Below are positions 1-10,082 of a DNA stretch of 64,000 bases, one piece after another. Position 1 is the stretch's first letter; each line of letters starts with the position of its first letter. Both the position numbers and the translations under genes were made by a program. The notes beneath the pieces were generated by a model. That model was not told where the DNA came from, made no database searches, and saw only the letters and a program-made list of their open reading frames with translations. Source of the DNA: an uncultured bacterium (GTDB lineage: Bacteria > Chloroflexota > Ktedonobacteria > Ktedonobacterales > JADMIN01); assembly GCA_963733745.1 (NCBI GenBank), contig CAVTFE010000046.1, positions 113,448 to 177,447 on the forward strand. The letters run 5' to 3'.

Positions 1-1
1 G

Positions 2-586
2 AGGCCATCACAGCGCAACCTTCCCGATCCCGGCGCCCGGCGTGAGTATCGCCAGCGGATAGCCAATCCCACCGATCCGCCGCCACAACAGAGTACACCG
101 ACAACGGGGCGGCCACGGCAAAATGGCCGGTATCCTGCGCAGGGTTCCATGCCTGGCCAGGCTTCTCCGACACTGGAGCAGCGCGAGGCCCGCAACGGGC
201 GCACACCTGCGCCACGACAAACAGAGCGTATAGCCGAGCGGCCACACAACGGTCGCACGGACCCCCGCACGCAAGAAGACGATGATGCCACCCAACTGGC
301 GCACGCGCCGATCCCTCCGCGCGAGTTCAGCGAGCGCGAGCGCCTGGCGCAACGGCCAGAGATTCGGGGAGAAGTGGGTGCGCTCATCGACGACCTGCGC
401 GGGATCTTCCAGCGCGACCGCGCCGTCGCCAGCCTGCCGAATGGCGCGCGCTGTGGCGTCTGCTACCACTACTTTGTGACCGACGAACTGGAGTACCGTG
501 AAGCTGAGGGCTATTATGTCTGCCCTGGCTGCGCCAAATTGCTCGGCGCCAACCGCCTGCCGATGGTCCGCCGTCAGCAACGGTGA
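2..586 (+). CDS. Hypothetical protein, 5'-partial; low-complexity N-terminus and C-terminal CxxC...CxxC zinc-ribbon-like motif
   Basis: The frame of ORF 149..586 stays open back to the window edge; motifs RCGVCYHYF and YYVCPGC. Confidence 0.6.
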   Translation, partial: RPSQRNLPDPGARREYRQRIANPTDPPPQQSTPTTGRPRQNGRYPAQGSMPGQASPTLEQREARNGRTPAPRQTERIAERPHNGRTDPRTQEDDDATQLAHAPIPPREFSERERLAQRPEIRGEVGALIDDLRGIFQRDRAVASLPNGARCGVCYHYFVTDELEYREAEGYYVCPGCAKLLGANRLPMVRRQQR

Positions 587-803
587 CAGGGGCGTCATGC
601 GGTGTGACCAGTGTGTACGCCAGGTCGTATCTGTGATACAATCGCAACGATTGTGGCGCGGAATTCCTGTGGGCGCTTGATGCGCCATCCGTTCCGAGCG
701 AACGCCAGCATCGCCCGGCATTGCATGAACGCGCGGCGAGTTGACGAGATTCGCCTGGCGATTCTTTTCATCATTCCAGCATAAACAGCTGAAGGAGCTA
801 CTC

Positions 804-1001
804 GTGGGCGCGCTTCCAAAAAAGAAGGTCTCGAATCACCGGCAGGGCAACCGCCGCCAGCACCATCGTATCAAGCTGCCGCAGCTCAAGGTCTGCCCGC
901 AATGTCGTCAGGCGCGGCTCTCGCATCATGCTTGCCCGAATTGCGGCACCTATCGCGGACGCCAGGTGTTGCCGGTCAAGGCGGCGCGCGCCGCCGAATA
1001 G
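804..1001 (+). CDS. rpmF: 50S ribosomal protein L32 (zinc-binding type)
   Basis: GTG start after AAGGAG; ALPKKKVS...CPQC...HHACPNCGTYRGRQV. Confidence 0.95.
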   Translation: MGALPKKKVSNHRQGNRRQHHRIKLPQLKVCPQCRQARLSHHACPNCGTYRGRQVLPVKAARAAE

Positions 1002-1050
1002 GCGATAAGTCGAGTAGCGCGCAGATCGTTTGTCTGAGCCGGAGTGGCGT

Positions 1051-2082
1051 GTGAGCAAGCGCATCGCATTCGTCTTCCCTGGCCAGGGCAGCCAGAGCGT
1101 TGGTATGGGCGCGGATATCTTCGCGGCTTCTCCCGCCGCGCGCGCTGTCTATGAGACCGCCGACGCCGCTTTGGACTTCTCGCTCTCGACGTTGTGCTTC
1201 GAGGGGCCAGAGGAGACGTTGCGCGAGACCATCAATACCCAACCAGCCATCGTCGTCACGAGTCTGGCGTTGCTGGCTGCGCTGCAGGAAGTGGCGCGCG
1301 GCGCGGTTAACGCCACCAGTGATCCGCTCGCCGGGCCAATTGTTCCCGCCTTTGTCGCCGGGCATAGCGTCGGCGAGTATGCCGCGCTGGCAGCCGTCTG
1401 GCGCGCTGGATCTGATCGAGACGCTGCGGCTGGTGCGTGAGCGCGGGCGGCTGATGTATCTGGAGGGCAAGCGCATCCCCAGCGGCATGGCGGCAGATTC
1501 TCGGGATGGACGCGCCAACGCTGGAGGCGATCTGCGCCGAGGCAACCGAGCAGGCGCGTGCTGGACTCGACGCGAGCGAGAAGCATCCTGGCGCGGGGCG
1601 GGTCGTCCTCGCCAACGATAACGCGCCGGGGCAGATCGTCATCTCTGGCGATCAGCGCGCGCTCGATCTGGCGATGGAGCTGGCGAAGAGCGCGTGGCGC
1701 GCGGCGCGTCGTGCCGCTGGTCGTGAGTGGCGCGTTCCACTCGCCGGTGATGGCGCCTGCGACGGAAGGACTCGCGCACGCGGTAGACGCTGCGCCGATC
1801 CAGGATGCGCGCGTCCCGCTGATCTCGAACATCACTGCGCAGCCACTCACCAGCGCGTCGGATTTGCGCGCCGAACTGGCGCAGCAGATCGCGTCTCCCG
1901 TACAATGGACACGAACCATTGAGTATCTCGCCGGGCAGGGCGTCGAGGCGTTCGTCGAGATCGGCGTGGGGCAGGTGCTTGCCGGGCTGATCCGCCGTAT
2001 CGCCAAAGACGTTCCCGTCGTCGCGGTGGGGAACGCCGCCGAGGCAGCGAGCGCGGCGCAGACACTCATGGATGCTGAATAG
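1051..2082 (+). CDS. fabD: Malonyl-CoA:ACP transacylase (split by frameshifts, probably sequencing error)
   Basis: FVFPGQGSQ, TQPAI, catalytic AGHSVGEY, VSGAFHS, SPVQW and VEIGVG spread over ORFs 1030..1440, 1506..1922 and 1558..2082. Confidence 0.9.
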
Positions 2083-2129
2083 TGCGGCGTCATCTGGCGG
2101 ACGTGTAAGGCGAAGAAGCGGAGCAACGC

Positions 2130-2556
2130 ATGGATACCTCAGAGAGCCGGCTGCGCGACCTTTCCGCCTCGCTCCGGCCCGTTTCGACGGATTCCCTCAT
2201 GGACGACAGTGAATTGACCGACGCGGAATTGATGCAGCTTGGGACGGGTGCGCATCGCCCCGGCCGTCCTGCGCACGGTGATCGAACAGGCGGCGCTGCG
2301 CATCCAGGGCGTCGCACGGATGGCGGGGCTAGGCGATCATCTCTCGCAGTATGTCGGACGCGCGCTGCCACGACATGGCGTCGGGCTGACGGTGAAGGGC
2401 GAGGTCGTGGACGTGGACCTGTACCTGGTCGTCGAGCCATGGGCGCATCTGGTCGAGGTCGGGGCAGGGGTCCAGGAGTCGGTCGGCGCTGCCATTGAGC
2501 ATATTCTGGGCATGCGCGCGCGCACGATCAATGTCTACATCCAGGATGTCGCGTAG
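2130..2556 (+). CDS. Asp23/Gls24 family protein (one frameshift near 2245)
   Basis: GRVRIAP.VL..I...A...I.GV and VQESV..AIEHILG...INVYIQDV; usual position upstream of nusB. Confidence 0.8.
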
Positions 2557-2560
2557 CCCT

Positions 2561-3019
2561 ATGCCACGCCAACCGCGCGCCGGAACCCGGCGGCAAGCCC
2601 GCATAGTCGCCCTGCAGACGCTCTACGAGAGCGATCTGGCGGGACACGACGCTATGGAGGTGCTACAGCGCCACGTCGAGGACCGGCGTCTGGACGAGGC
2701 TGTAGCCGCATTCGCGGGTGAGTTGGTCGCTGGCGTGGTCGCGCATCAGGAGGAGATCGACGCGCGCATCCAGGAGGCGGCGCCCGAATGGCCACTTGCG
2801 CAGATGGCGCGCATAGACAAGAATATCTTGCGGCTTGCAATCTACGAGATTCTGTACAATAATGCTGTGCCAGCGAGGGCCGCGATCAACGAGGCCGTCG
2901 AACTGGCCAAGCGCTTCGGCGGTGATACGTCGAGCCGCTTCGTCAACGGCGTGCTCGGCGCCATTGTCGGTCAGTCTGTTGAACTCCCACCATCACCTGC
3001 CGGAAGTGAGGAACCCTGA
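2561..3019 (+). CDS. nusB: Transcription antitermination factor NusB
   Basis: [41 protein letters not shown]. Confidence 0.95.
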   Translation: MPRQPRAGTRRQARIVALQTLYESDLAGHDAMEVLQRHVEDRRLDEAVAAFAGELVAGVVAHQEEIDARIQEAAPEWPLAQMARIDKNILRLAIYEILYNNAVPARAAINEAVELAKRFGGDTSSRFVNGVLGAIVGQSVELPPSPAGSEEP

Positions 3020-3270
3020 TGTCCACCATGTCACGTGAAGAGATCCTGACGCAGCTCAAGCCCGTGGTCGCGGAACAGCTTGGCGTCGACGAGAGCGAGG
3101 TCCGCGAGGACGCCTCGTTCACCGAAGACCTGAACGCCGACTCGCTGGATCTGGTTGAGTTGATTATGTCGCTGGAGGAGAAGTTTGGCTTGCAGATCAG
3201 CGACGAGGACGCCGAGAAGCTGACGACCGTCGGCGAGGCGGTGGAATTCATCAGCGAGCACGTCAAATAG
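3019..3270 (+). CDS. acpP: Acyl carrier protein
   Basis: [21 protein letters not shown] phosphopantetheine motif. Confidence 0.95.
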   Translation: MSTMSREEILTQLKPVVAEQLGVDESEVREDASFTEDLNADSLDLVELIMSLEEKFGLQISDEDAEKLTTVGEAVEFISEHVK

Positions 3271-3313
3271 CCGATTCAGGCCAGCCACTTTGGCGGGACC
3301 TGAGCTTTCCAGC

Positions 3314-3349
3314 AAAAGACGCGAGCCATGCTCAGTGGCCGCGTCTTTT
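3314..3349. terminator. Bidirectional intrinsic terminator
   Basis: AAAAGACGCG...CGCGTCTTTT inverted repeat with A/T tails between convergent acpP and the MBL gene. Confidence 0.7.
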
Positions 3350-3383
3350 CGTGCTTGCTCATGCCTGACTGATACGTAGCGTC

Positions 3384-4289
3384 CTATGTGATACCGGACA
3401 CGTCGCTTGACGCGAACGCATCAGCCTTGGCAGCGCCTTTAGCGGTGTCTATACCCTCACGGGCGTCGGCGGCAACAGGCTCACCGCCCCAGAGGCTCGC
3501 AGTGTCCCAGATGGGGCCGATCTCGCGCGGCAGTGGCGCCGGCTTGATATGCTTGAGGCCGCGCGAGCGCAGCGTCTCGCTCACCTGGGCGCGCGCCAGA
3601 TCAGGCGTGTTGTTCGTTCGGCTGAGGTGCGCCAGCCAGAGCCAGCATGGCCCATCGTCCAGCATCTGTGTTAGCGCCTCGCCGGTCTGCTCGTTGGAAA
3701 GGTGGCCGGTGGGGCCAAGGATGCGCTGCTTGAGATACCAGGGATAGGGGCCATCCAGCAGACGCGCCTTGTCGTGATTCGCCTCGATCACCAGCAGATG
3801 CGCGCCATGCAGCGCCTCGATGGCCTGGGGACCTACCATACCCGTATCGGTCATGACGCCGACACGCCAGGCGCTGGTGGCAAGCGTGAAGCCACTGGGG
3901 GCCACAGCGTCGTGCGAGATGGCGAAGCTGCGTATCTCCAGTGAGCCAAGTCGCGCCGAGCGCCCCACCGACAACTCCACGCGCTCAGGCGCCCAGCCAG
4001 CGGGACGCGCCTCGCGCGACGGCTGCTTCAGCAGGGCGTCGATGGTGCGGGGATCGGAGAGGATAGGGATGCCATGCTGGCAGGCCAGGCTCAACGCGCC
4101 ACAGGAGTGATCGCCATGCTCGTGCGTCAGCAGAATCGCGCTGAGCGACGCCGGAGCGACGCCGACGCTGCGCAGCCGCCCCCCAAGTAGCCGTGCCTGA
4201 AAGCCCGCGTCCACCAGCACGGTCGTCTCGCCAGACTGCACGAGGAGCGCGTTGCCGCTGCTGCCGCTACCCAGAGAGATCACGCGCAC
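3384..4289 (-). CDS. MBL-fold metallo-hydrolase (YycJ/WalJ-like)
   Basis: SGSSGN, THEHGDH, SHDA, TDTG, EANHD, GHLSN, AHLS. Confidence 0.9.
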   Translation of the reverse strand: MRVISLGSGSSGNALLVQSGETTVLVDAGFQARLLGGRLRSVGVAPASLSAILLTHEHGDHSCGALSLACQHGIPILSDPRTIDALLKQPSREARPAGWAPERVELSVGRSARLGSLEIRSFAISHDAVAPSGFTLATSAWRVGVMTDTGMVGPQAIEALHGAHLLVIEANHDKARLLDGPYPWYLKQRILGPTGHLSNEQTGEALTQMLDDGPCWLWLAHLSRTNNTPDLARAQVSETLRSRGLKHIKPAPLPREIGPIWDTASLWGGEPVAADAREGIDTAKGAAKADAFASSDVSGIT

Positions 4290-4485
4290 AGGGTTCGCTC
4301 CTTCGCATCTGGCTGGTCTGGCTGGAAGAACAGGTGGTCGTATGGTACGCCGTCAGCGACTGGTACGGCAAGGAGTATGGGCCAGGCAGACCGTTTCTAT
4401 GAGGAATTGCCCGTGAAGCCGCATGTTACAATGCCTGTGCTGCTTCCTGCCCCTCTCCCCCATGGCCCCATGGAGCTATAACACG

Positions 4486-5958
4486 ATGTCGAGCCATTCG
4501 GATACTCCTGTTGCGCTGGTCACACTCTTTCCCGATGGTTTGCGTGGTAAGCGCATCCATGCTGTTGGCGCCGGAGGCAGCGGCATCTCGGCGGTGTTGC
4601 GGCTAGCCGCCGAGCAGGGCGCGCACGTCACTGGCTGCGATGTGGCCGAGACGACGATGTCGAAGCGCCTCAACACGCAGGGGGTGCAAGTGACGGTGGG
4701 CCACGATCCGGCGCACGTCGCGGGCTGCGATCTCGTAGTGACGACACCGGCGGTGACCTTTCTGGACGACCAGCATCCAGAGCTGGTGGCGGCGCGCCAG
4801 CAGGGCAACCCCGTCATCCAGTGGCAGGAGCTGCTCGGCTACTTGATGCGCGATTCGGTCGGTGTCTCGGTGGCGGGGGTACATGGGAAAGGCTCGACGA
4901 CGGCGCTGCTCGGCGCGCTGGCCATCGCAAGCGGGCTGGACCCCACCGTCGAGGTAGGCGCGGTCGTCACTGACTGGGACGCCAATCTGCGTGTCGGCGC
5001 AGGGCGCTACTTCATCAACGAAGCCGACGAGTTCAACTACAACTTCCTGAACTACCATCCGCGCGTTGTGGCGCTCACTGCCATCGAGTTCGATCATCCC
5101 GAGTTCTTCGAGGACTACACGGCGATTCGTGACGCCTTCGTGCGCTTCCTGCGCGGGATGGACCTAAGCGCGGATAGCAGCCTTCCGCCGCCCGCGCTGG
5201 CGCTCAACGCCGATAGTCCCGGCTGCCTGGACACGCTGCGCCAGTTGGGTGAGTGGCCAGGGCAGGTCCGTACCTTCGCGCTGGAGACGCCAGACGCCTA
5301 CGCTCGCGCCGAAGACATCCGCGACGACACGGAGACCAGCTTCACGCTGCGCATGGGCGCGCGCGCGCTTGGCCGTGTTACGTTGAGCATGCCCGGACGG
5401 CACAACATCGCCAACGCGCTGGCCGCTGCCACAACAGCGGAGTTGCTCGGCGCCAACCCAGCGACGTTCGTTCCCGCGCTCAACGCGTTCGGTGGCCTGC
5501 GCCGCCGCTTCCAGGAAGTTCAGGATGGCGATGTGACGTTCATTGACGACTATGCGCACCATCCGCACGCCGTCGCGCTGACGCTGGAAACGACCCGACG
5601 GCGCTTCCCCGGTCGGCGCATCGTCGCGGTCTTCCAGCCGACCCTCTATACACGCCTCTACCGCTTCCTGACGCCCTTCTCCGAGGCGTTTGATACGGCC
5701 GACATAGCGATAATTGTCGAGATACAGCCCTCGCGCGAACACGACACCGGTCTGATCCACGGGCGCAATCTCGTCGCAAAGATCGCCGAGCGCCCCGTTT
5801 TCGCTGGCCGCGCCGCGCGCTATGGCGGCGACCTCGATGAGACGGCGGCGCTCCTGCGCGCGATCCGTCAGCCAGGGGATGTCGTGGTCGTGATGGGCTC
5901 TGGCCCGGTCAATCAGGTTATTCCGCTGGCCAGAAAAGAGACGGAAGCCGGGCGCTAA
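4486..5958 (+). CDS. murC: UDP-N-acetylmuramate--L-alanine ligase
   Basis: GAGGSGIS, GVHGKGSTT, EADE, FDHP, DDYAHHP, VFQP, MGSG. Confidence 0.85.
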   Translation: MSSHSDTPVALVTLFPDGLRGKRIHAVGAGGSGISAVLRLAAEQGAHVTGCDVAETTMSKRLNTQGVQVTVGHDPAHVAGCDLVVTTPAVTFLDDQHPELVAARQQGNPVIQWQELLGYLMRDSVGVSVAGVHGKGSTTALLGALAIASGLDPTVEVGAVVTDWDANLRVGAGRYFINEADEFNYNFLNYHPRVVALTAIEFDHPEFFEDYTAIRDAFVRFLRGMDLSADSSLPPPALALNADSPGCLDTLRQLGEWPGQVRTFALETPDAYARAEDIRDDTETSFTLRMGARALGRVTLSMPGRHNIANALAAATTAELLGANPATFVPALNAFGGLRRRFQEVQDGDVTFIDDYAHHPHAVALTLETTRRRFPGRRIVAVFQPTLYTRLYRFLTPFSEAFDTADIAIIVEIQPSREHDTGLIHGRNLVAKIAERPVFAGRAARYGGDLDETAALLRAIRQPGDVVVVMGSGPVNQVIPLARKETEAGR

Positions 5959-6039
5959 CCTCTGCGGTTGCCGGATCGTAGTACCCCACAAGACGCGCCG
6001 CGCGGGATTGCGGTCTGCGTTCGCAAGGGAGCGCATAAC

Positions 6040-7062
6040 GTGGGCGAGACCTCGCTCTTGCTCTGGTTGGGCTTCTCGGCGTTCATTGTGGCGATGCTCG
6101 CGCTTGATCTCGGCGTCTTCAGCCGTCGCGCGCACGAGGTCAGCTTCAGCGAGGCGGCGATCTGGAGCGGCGTCTGGATCGGACTGGCCCTGCTCTTCAA
6201 CCTGGGCCTGTATCTCTGGCGCGGGCAGGAGGTCGCGCTCCAGTTCTTCACCGGATACCTGATCGAGAAGACGCTGAGCGTCGATAACATCTTCGTCTTT
6301 GTGCTGATCTTCGCGGCGCTGGCCGTGCCATCCAACGTCCAGCGACGGCTGCTCTCGCTCGGAGTGATCGGCGCGCTCGTCATGCGCGCGATCCTCATCT
6401 TCGCTGGGGCCGCGCTGATCGAGCGCTTTCACTGGATCGTCTATCTCTTCGGCGTCTTCCTCATCATCACCGGCGTGCGTTTCTTCTTTCAGCAGGAGAA
6501 GGAGGCCGAGCCGGAGAAGAACCCTGTGGTGCGCCTCGCACGGCGCTTCTTCCCCGTGACGCCTAGCTATGAGGGCGAGCGCTTTGTCGTACGGCGCAAT
6601 GGCCGCCTCTACATCACCCCACTGCTGATCGCGCTGCTGGCGGTCGAGAGCGCCGACCTGATCTTCGCGCTCGACTCGATTCCGGCCATCTTCGCCATCA
6701 CCCAGGACCCGTTCATCGTCTTTACCTCTAACGCCTTCGCGATTCTGGGGCTGCGCGCGCTCTACTTCCTGCTGGCAGGCTCCATCACTCGGTTGCGCTA
6801 CCTCAAATATGGTCTGGCGGTGGCGCTGGTCTTCGTCGGCCTCAAGATGACCTTCAGCGATGTGTTGCACCTGCCCATCGCGCTCTCGCTCGGCGTCATC
6901 ATCGTGATTCTGGGAGCCGCCACGATCTTCTCACTCTTCTCGCAAGCGCATAAACCCGCTGACCATGTTACAGATGCGGTCGAGATCGCAGGTGACGCGG
7001 AGGTTGAAACTGGAGGAGAGCGACCGGAGCAGCCATCTCTACCGCATGAAGACCGGCGCTGA
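6040..7062 (+). CDS. TerC/Alx family membrane protein
   Basis: GYLIEKTLSVDNIFVF, DLIFALDSIPAIFAIT, SNAFAILGLRALYF. Confidence 0.9.
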   Translation: MGETSLLLWLGFSAFIVAMLALDLGVFSRRAHEVSFSEAAIWSGVWIGLALLFNLGLYLWRGQEVALQFFTGYLIEKTLSVDNIFVFVLIFAALAVPSNVQRRLLSLGVIGALVMRAILIFAGAALIERFHWIVYLFGVFLIITGVRFFFQQEKEAEPEKNPVVRLARRFFPVTPSYEGERFVVRRNGRLYITPLLIALLAVESADLIFALDSIPAIFAITQDPFIVFTSNAFAILGLRALYFLLAGSITRLRYLKYGLAVALVFVGLKMTFSDVLHLPIALSLGVIIVILGAATIFSLFSQAHKPADHVTDAVEIAGDAEVETGGERPEQPSLPHEDRR

Positions 7063-7149
7063 AGCGAGGTCTTTGCGGCGCGTCAACCTCACGGCGCTCA
7101 AGAGGGTGACGGCTTGCAGATAGTGACGCATTTGTTAGCTGGCAGCCTC

Positions 7150-7178
7150 TTGACAATGTGGCGCGAAGGGCCGACAAT
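7150..7178 (+). promoter_or_regulatory. Sigma70-type promoter for the 7310 receiver gene
   Basis: TTGACA-17 bp-GACAAT. Confidence 0.55.
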
Positions 7179-7309
7179 GGCTTGCAAGCGGGCGCGTCAA
7201 TGTGGCCCAACCACCTCGTGGTGTGGTGGGGCTAGTTCCCCATCTCTGTACGCCAGTCCGCGCTTCCGATAACACCATGTCATCATGCGGAGAGGCGTGA
7301 GCGGATACC

Positions 7310-7756
7310 ATGAGCCGTGATGATACCGGTCAGCCACCAGGCGCCGCGCTCAGACCATCGACGGTGTCGCGCTCGCCATTGACCATTCTCTTTGTCGATC
7401 CCGATCGCCCGCGCGCCGAGCGACTGGCTGACGCCGTGCGCGCGACATGTGTCGTCGGCATGGCGCCATCCGCTCACATCGCGCTGGAGGCGCTGCGCCA
7501 GCGCCAGCCAGATATCATCGTCACCGAGCTCGATCTGCCCGATATGGGAGGCGTGGAGTTCATCACACGCGTCCACAGCGATCCGGTGTTGCGACACGTG
7601 CTCATCATGGTCGTGACGAATCGCACCACCGTGCGCGACAAGATCGCGGCCCTGACGGCGGGCGCCGATGACTTCATCGTACGCCCTGTCAGCCCTGAGC
7701 AGTTCTTGCTGAAGATACAGCTCCTTGGGCGTTTCCGGCGGGTGCTGGGCCGCTAA
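7310..7756 (+). CDS. Stand-alone receiver-domain protein, atypical (Glu at phosphoacceptor position)
   Basis: ILFVD...PDIIVTELDLPD...AGADDFIVRP; no output domain. Confidence 0.8.
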   Translation: MSRDDTGQPPGAALRPSTVSRSPLTILFVDPDRPRAERLADAVRATCVVGMAPSAHIALEALRQRQPDIIVTELDLPDMGGVEFITRVHSDPVLRHVLIMVVTNRTTVRDKIAALTAGADDFIVRPVSPEQFLLKIQLLGRFRRVLGR

Positions 7757-7782
7757 CGCCTTCGCCTACACCTTATGCTGCG

Positions 7783-8391
7783 TTATGCTGCGACGCCCTT
7801 CACGATTTCACGTAGCGCGTCGACGACCTCCTGGTTATCCAGCGGCTTCGCCTGCGCCCGCACGTCGGCAAGCAGCTCCATTAATCGAACGCGCGCCGCC
7901 TCTGGAAGCTGTCCGACTGTGGTGGTTGGATCACCTAGCTCAGGATATTGCGCCGACAGGGCGACGCGCTGACCGGCGCGACGTGTGGTGACGCTCTCCG
8001 GACGCTCGATAAATCTGCCGATCTCGTGGAAATCGGCGTCGAAAAAGACGAAGACTGGGATCGAGTGGAACTCGCCGCGATTCAGGTAGTTATCCATCAG
8101 GTCGGGATGCTGATCGCGCAGGAAGATGCGCAGGTTGAGCTTCCCACTCTCGGCGGCGAGCTGGCCAAGGATCGGCAGGTTATCAATCACATCGCCGCAC
8201 CAGTCCTCCGCGAGGATGAGCACATTGAGCGGACGCGGCAGGCGCTTGAATACGTCAACATCAGCCGGATCTAGAACCAGACCACGCTCGTTCGCCTCGA
8301 AGCGTTCCTGGTTGCGTGTCATCTGCGCCTTGAACTCGTCGTAGGTCATGCCCTGCTCGAAGCGCTCACGCGTCACTACTGTCTGAGCCAT
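7783..8391 (-). CDS. Thioredoxin-family protein (single-Cys WCGD motif)
   Basis: LAEDWCGDV, SIPVFVFFD, ERP. Confidence 0.8.
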   Translation of the reverse strand: MAQTVVTRERFEQGMTYDEFKAQMTRNQERFEANERGLVLDPADVDVFKRLPRPLNVLILAEDWCGDVIDNLPILGQLAAESGKLNLRIFLRDQHPDLMDNYLNRGEFHSIPVFVFFDADFHEIGRFIERPESVTTRRAGQRVALSAQYPELGDPTTTVGQLPEAARVRLMELLADVRAQAKPLDNQEVVDALREIVKGVAA

Positions 8392-8556
8392 GGTCTCTCT
8401 ATCTAGGATGGCGCCATTACGGGCGCTGGAGCCGAAGAATCCTTGTCTGGCCCGATACTACACAAGGGGAAGTGTGTACAGAGACTGTAGCGCTATCCTG
8501 CGCCTAGCGCAAGACGTTGTGCGATATAGGTTAAGTCCTGGCGCCTACAGACATGC

Positions 8557-9264
8557 TCAGCGCGAGTCTTCGTCTGGCGCCGCATCCAGATACCAGAAGG
8601 ACGATTGGAGGCCGAGCCGCCGGAAGATGGCCTGCGCCTGCTCGACGGTTCTGCCATGAAAGTCAGGATTCAGCCGGTCGCCATACCAGAACTCCGAGAG
8701 TTCCCACGTCTGCTCCAGCGTCAGCGCCTCGCCAGCCTGAGCGTGATCGCGCCACCACGCACGCGCGCCTTCTTCCGACCGGAAGAGCAGGATGTTCGCT
8801 CAGGTGAAGATCAGATCGTCGTACCACTGGCGAAAGGGCAGGGCAAAGGAGACAACGCCTCTGCCGTGAACGTGACCATCCGTGACGCCGAGCTGCGCAG
8901 GGGCGCCAGTATCGGTGTAAACAGCCTCGATCCGCGCGTCTGCATGCAGCGCAGCCGGGATACCAAGCATGTCCCACGCGCAGTTGGCGTAATACGCGTG
9001 TGTTCCGGCGTGGACGCGGAACGGCGTCAGACGCGCGGCGAATGGGTGCGCCATGCGTATGTCGAGCGTTCCCGGCTGCAGGAAGAGCGCGTGACGACGA
9101 TGCAGACGCTCATACGCCTCACGCGCCTGCTCGGCGGTGATTCCCAGAGCCGTGGCCGTCTCGTCCGCCGTTGGCGGGCGCTCGCGCTCGACAAGAAACT
9201 GGTAGACGAAAAGCCGCACCGACCAGTCGAGTTCGTTATGCTGGTTAGATGCGGCTTCGTCCAT
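8557..9264 (-). CDS. merB: MerB-family organometal lyase, predicted selenoprotein (in-frame UGA at 8800-8802 read as Sec; 235 aa)
   Basis: MAHPF and YANCAWD catalytic motif; the frame continues after the UGA as ANILLFRSEEGARAWW...W...WYGDRL..DF.GRT...F..LGL...FW to TGA at 8557-8559; hairpin follows the UGA. Confidence 0.8.
8766..8799 (-). promoter_or_regulatory. Candidate bacterial SECIS element
   Basis: mRNA UGA-GCGAACAUCCUGC-UCUUCC-GGUC-GGAAGA: perfect 6-bp stem, GG-initiated apical loop starting at +20 after the UGA. Confidence 0.65.
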
Positions 9265-9332
9265 GGTGGGATACCTTTAGGCGACGCCAGCGCTTATCTG
9301 GGCGGCGCCAATGCGTTGAATCGGCGCCTGCT

Positions 9333-9923
9333 CTACGCTACCGCAGCGGTCATCTTGCCCAGGCGGCGAATGGTGAACGCCTTGAAGATGTCGGTAATAC
9401 CGTGCAGCAGCGCCCAGATCCCGCCGAAGATCAGCAGGGTATAGACCTGGACGGGGAAGATTTGCCCGCCGACCCAGAAGCCCAGGCCAACCATGATGAT
9501 CCCGGAGATCAGGCCGAGGACCCAGAGCTGGTTGGCATCCTTGGTCATGAACGCCTCGATGATCCAGAAGATGCCGATCAGGGCGAAGATGAAGCCGAGC
9601 GACTGCGCCACCGCGAGGACCGCCTTGTTCGGGTTGAAGAGAACCCAGATACCAGAGATGAGGAGAATGGCGCCGAAGATGTACCAGAGCCACTTCAGCC
9701 CATCAACCACATAGGCCATCACGAATTCTTCGGCGCCGGCGACCAGCAACATAATCCCGATGGCGAGACCGGCCACCGTGAGCGAACGGCGGTCGAGCTG
9801 CAGGATGAATATGCCTGCCAGAATCCAGATGGCGCCGCCAATCAGCCAGAGCCACCACCACTGGGCGAATTGCCCGACCGCCCGCCGCTGTTGCGGCGAG
9901 CCTGCGCGCGCTGCAGCGCTCAT
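9333..9923 (-). CDS. HdeD/DUF308 family membrane protein
   Basis: About six hydrophobic segments, WWLWLIGG start and repeated G..LL..G pattern. Confidence 0.75.
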   Translation of the reverse strand: MSAAARAGSPQQRRAVGQFAQWWWLWLIGGAIWILAGIFILQLDRRSLTVAGLAIGIMLLVAGAEEFVMAYVVDGLKWLWYIFGAILLISGIWVLFNPNKAVLAVAQSLGFIFALIGIFWIIEAFMTKDANQLWVLGLISGIIMVGLGFWVGGQIFPVQVYTLLIFGGIWALLHGITDIFKAFTIRRLGKMTAAVA

Positions 9924-10082
9924 ACGTGCTCCCTCCCCTATATGCTACCGAATGTCCAACCCTACGCCGCGCCACACGCGAGCGCAGATCATGGTCTACT
10001 TCCAGTATGCCCGTAGATTCGAGAACAGGCAAGACTTTCCAGGCTTTATGCGGAAATCTCGCTGCACAAGCCTTGGGTTTTG

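Noticed and set aside
5959..6039. yybP-ykoY manganese riboswitch upstream of the TerC gene
   Set aside because: The gap is only about 80 bp and I could not identify the conserved motif
5164..6870. Long antisense ORFs (e.g. 5164..6870, 8605..9444, 22524..23636, 41967..43001, 42839..43960)
   Set aside because: Shadow frames of well-supported opposite-strand genes in GC-rich DNA, with no recognisable motifs
8557..9264. Mercury-resistance operon
   Set aside because: No merR, merA, merT or merP nearby
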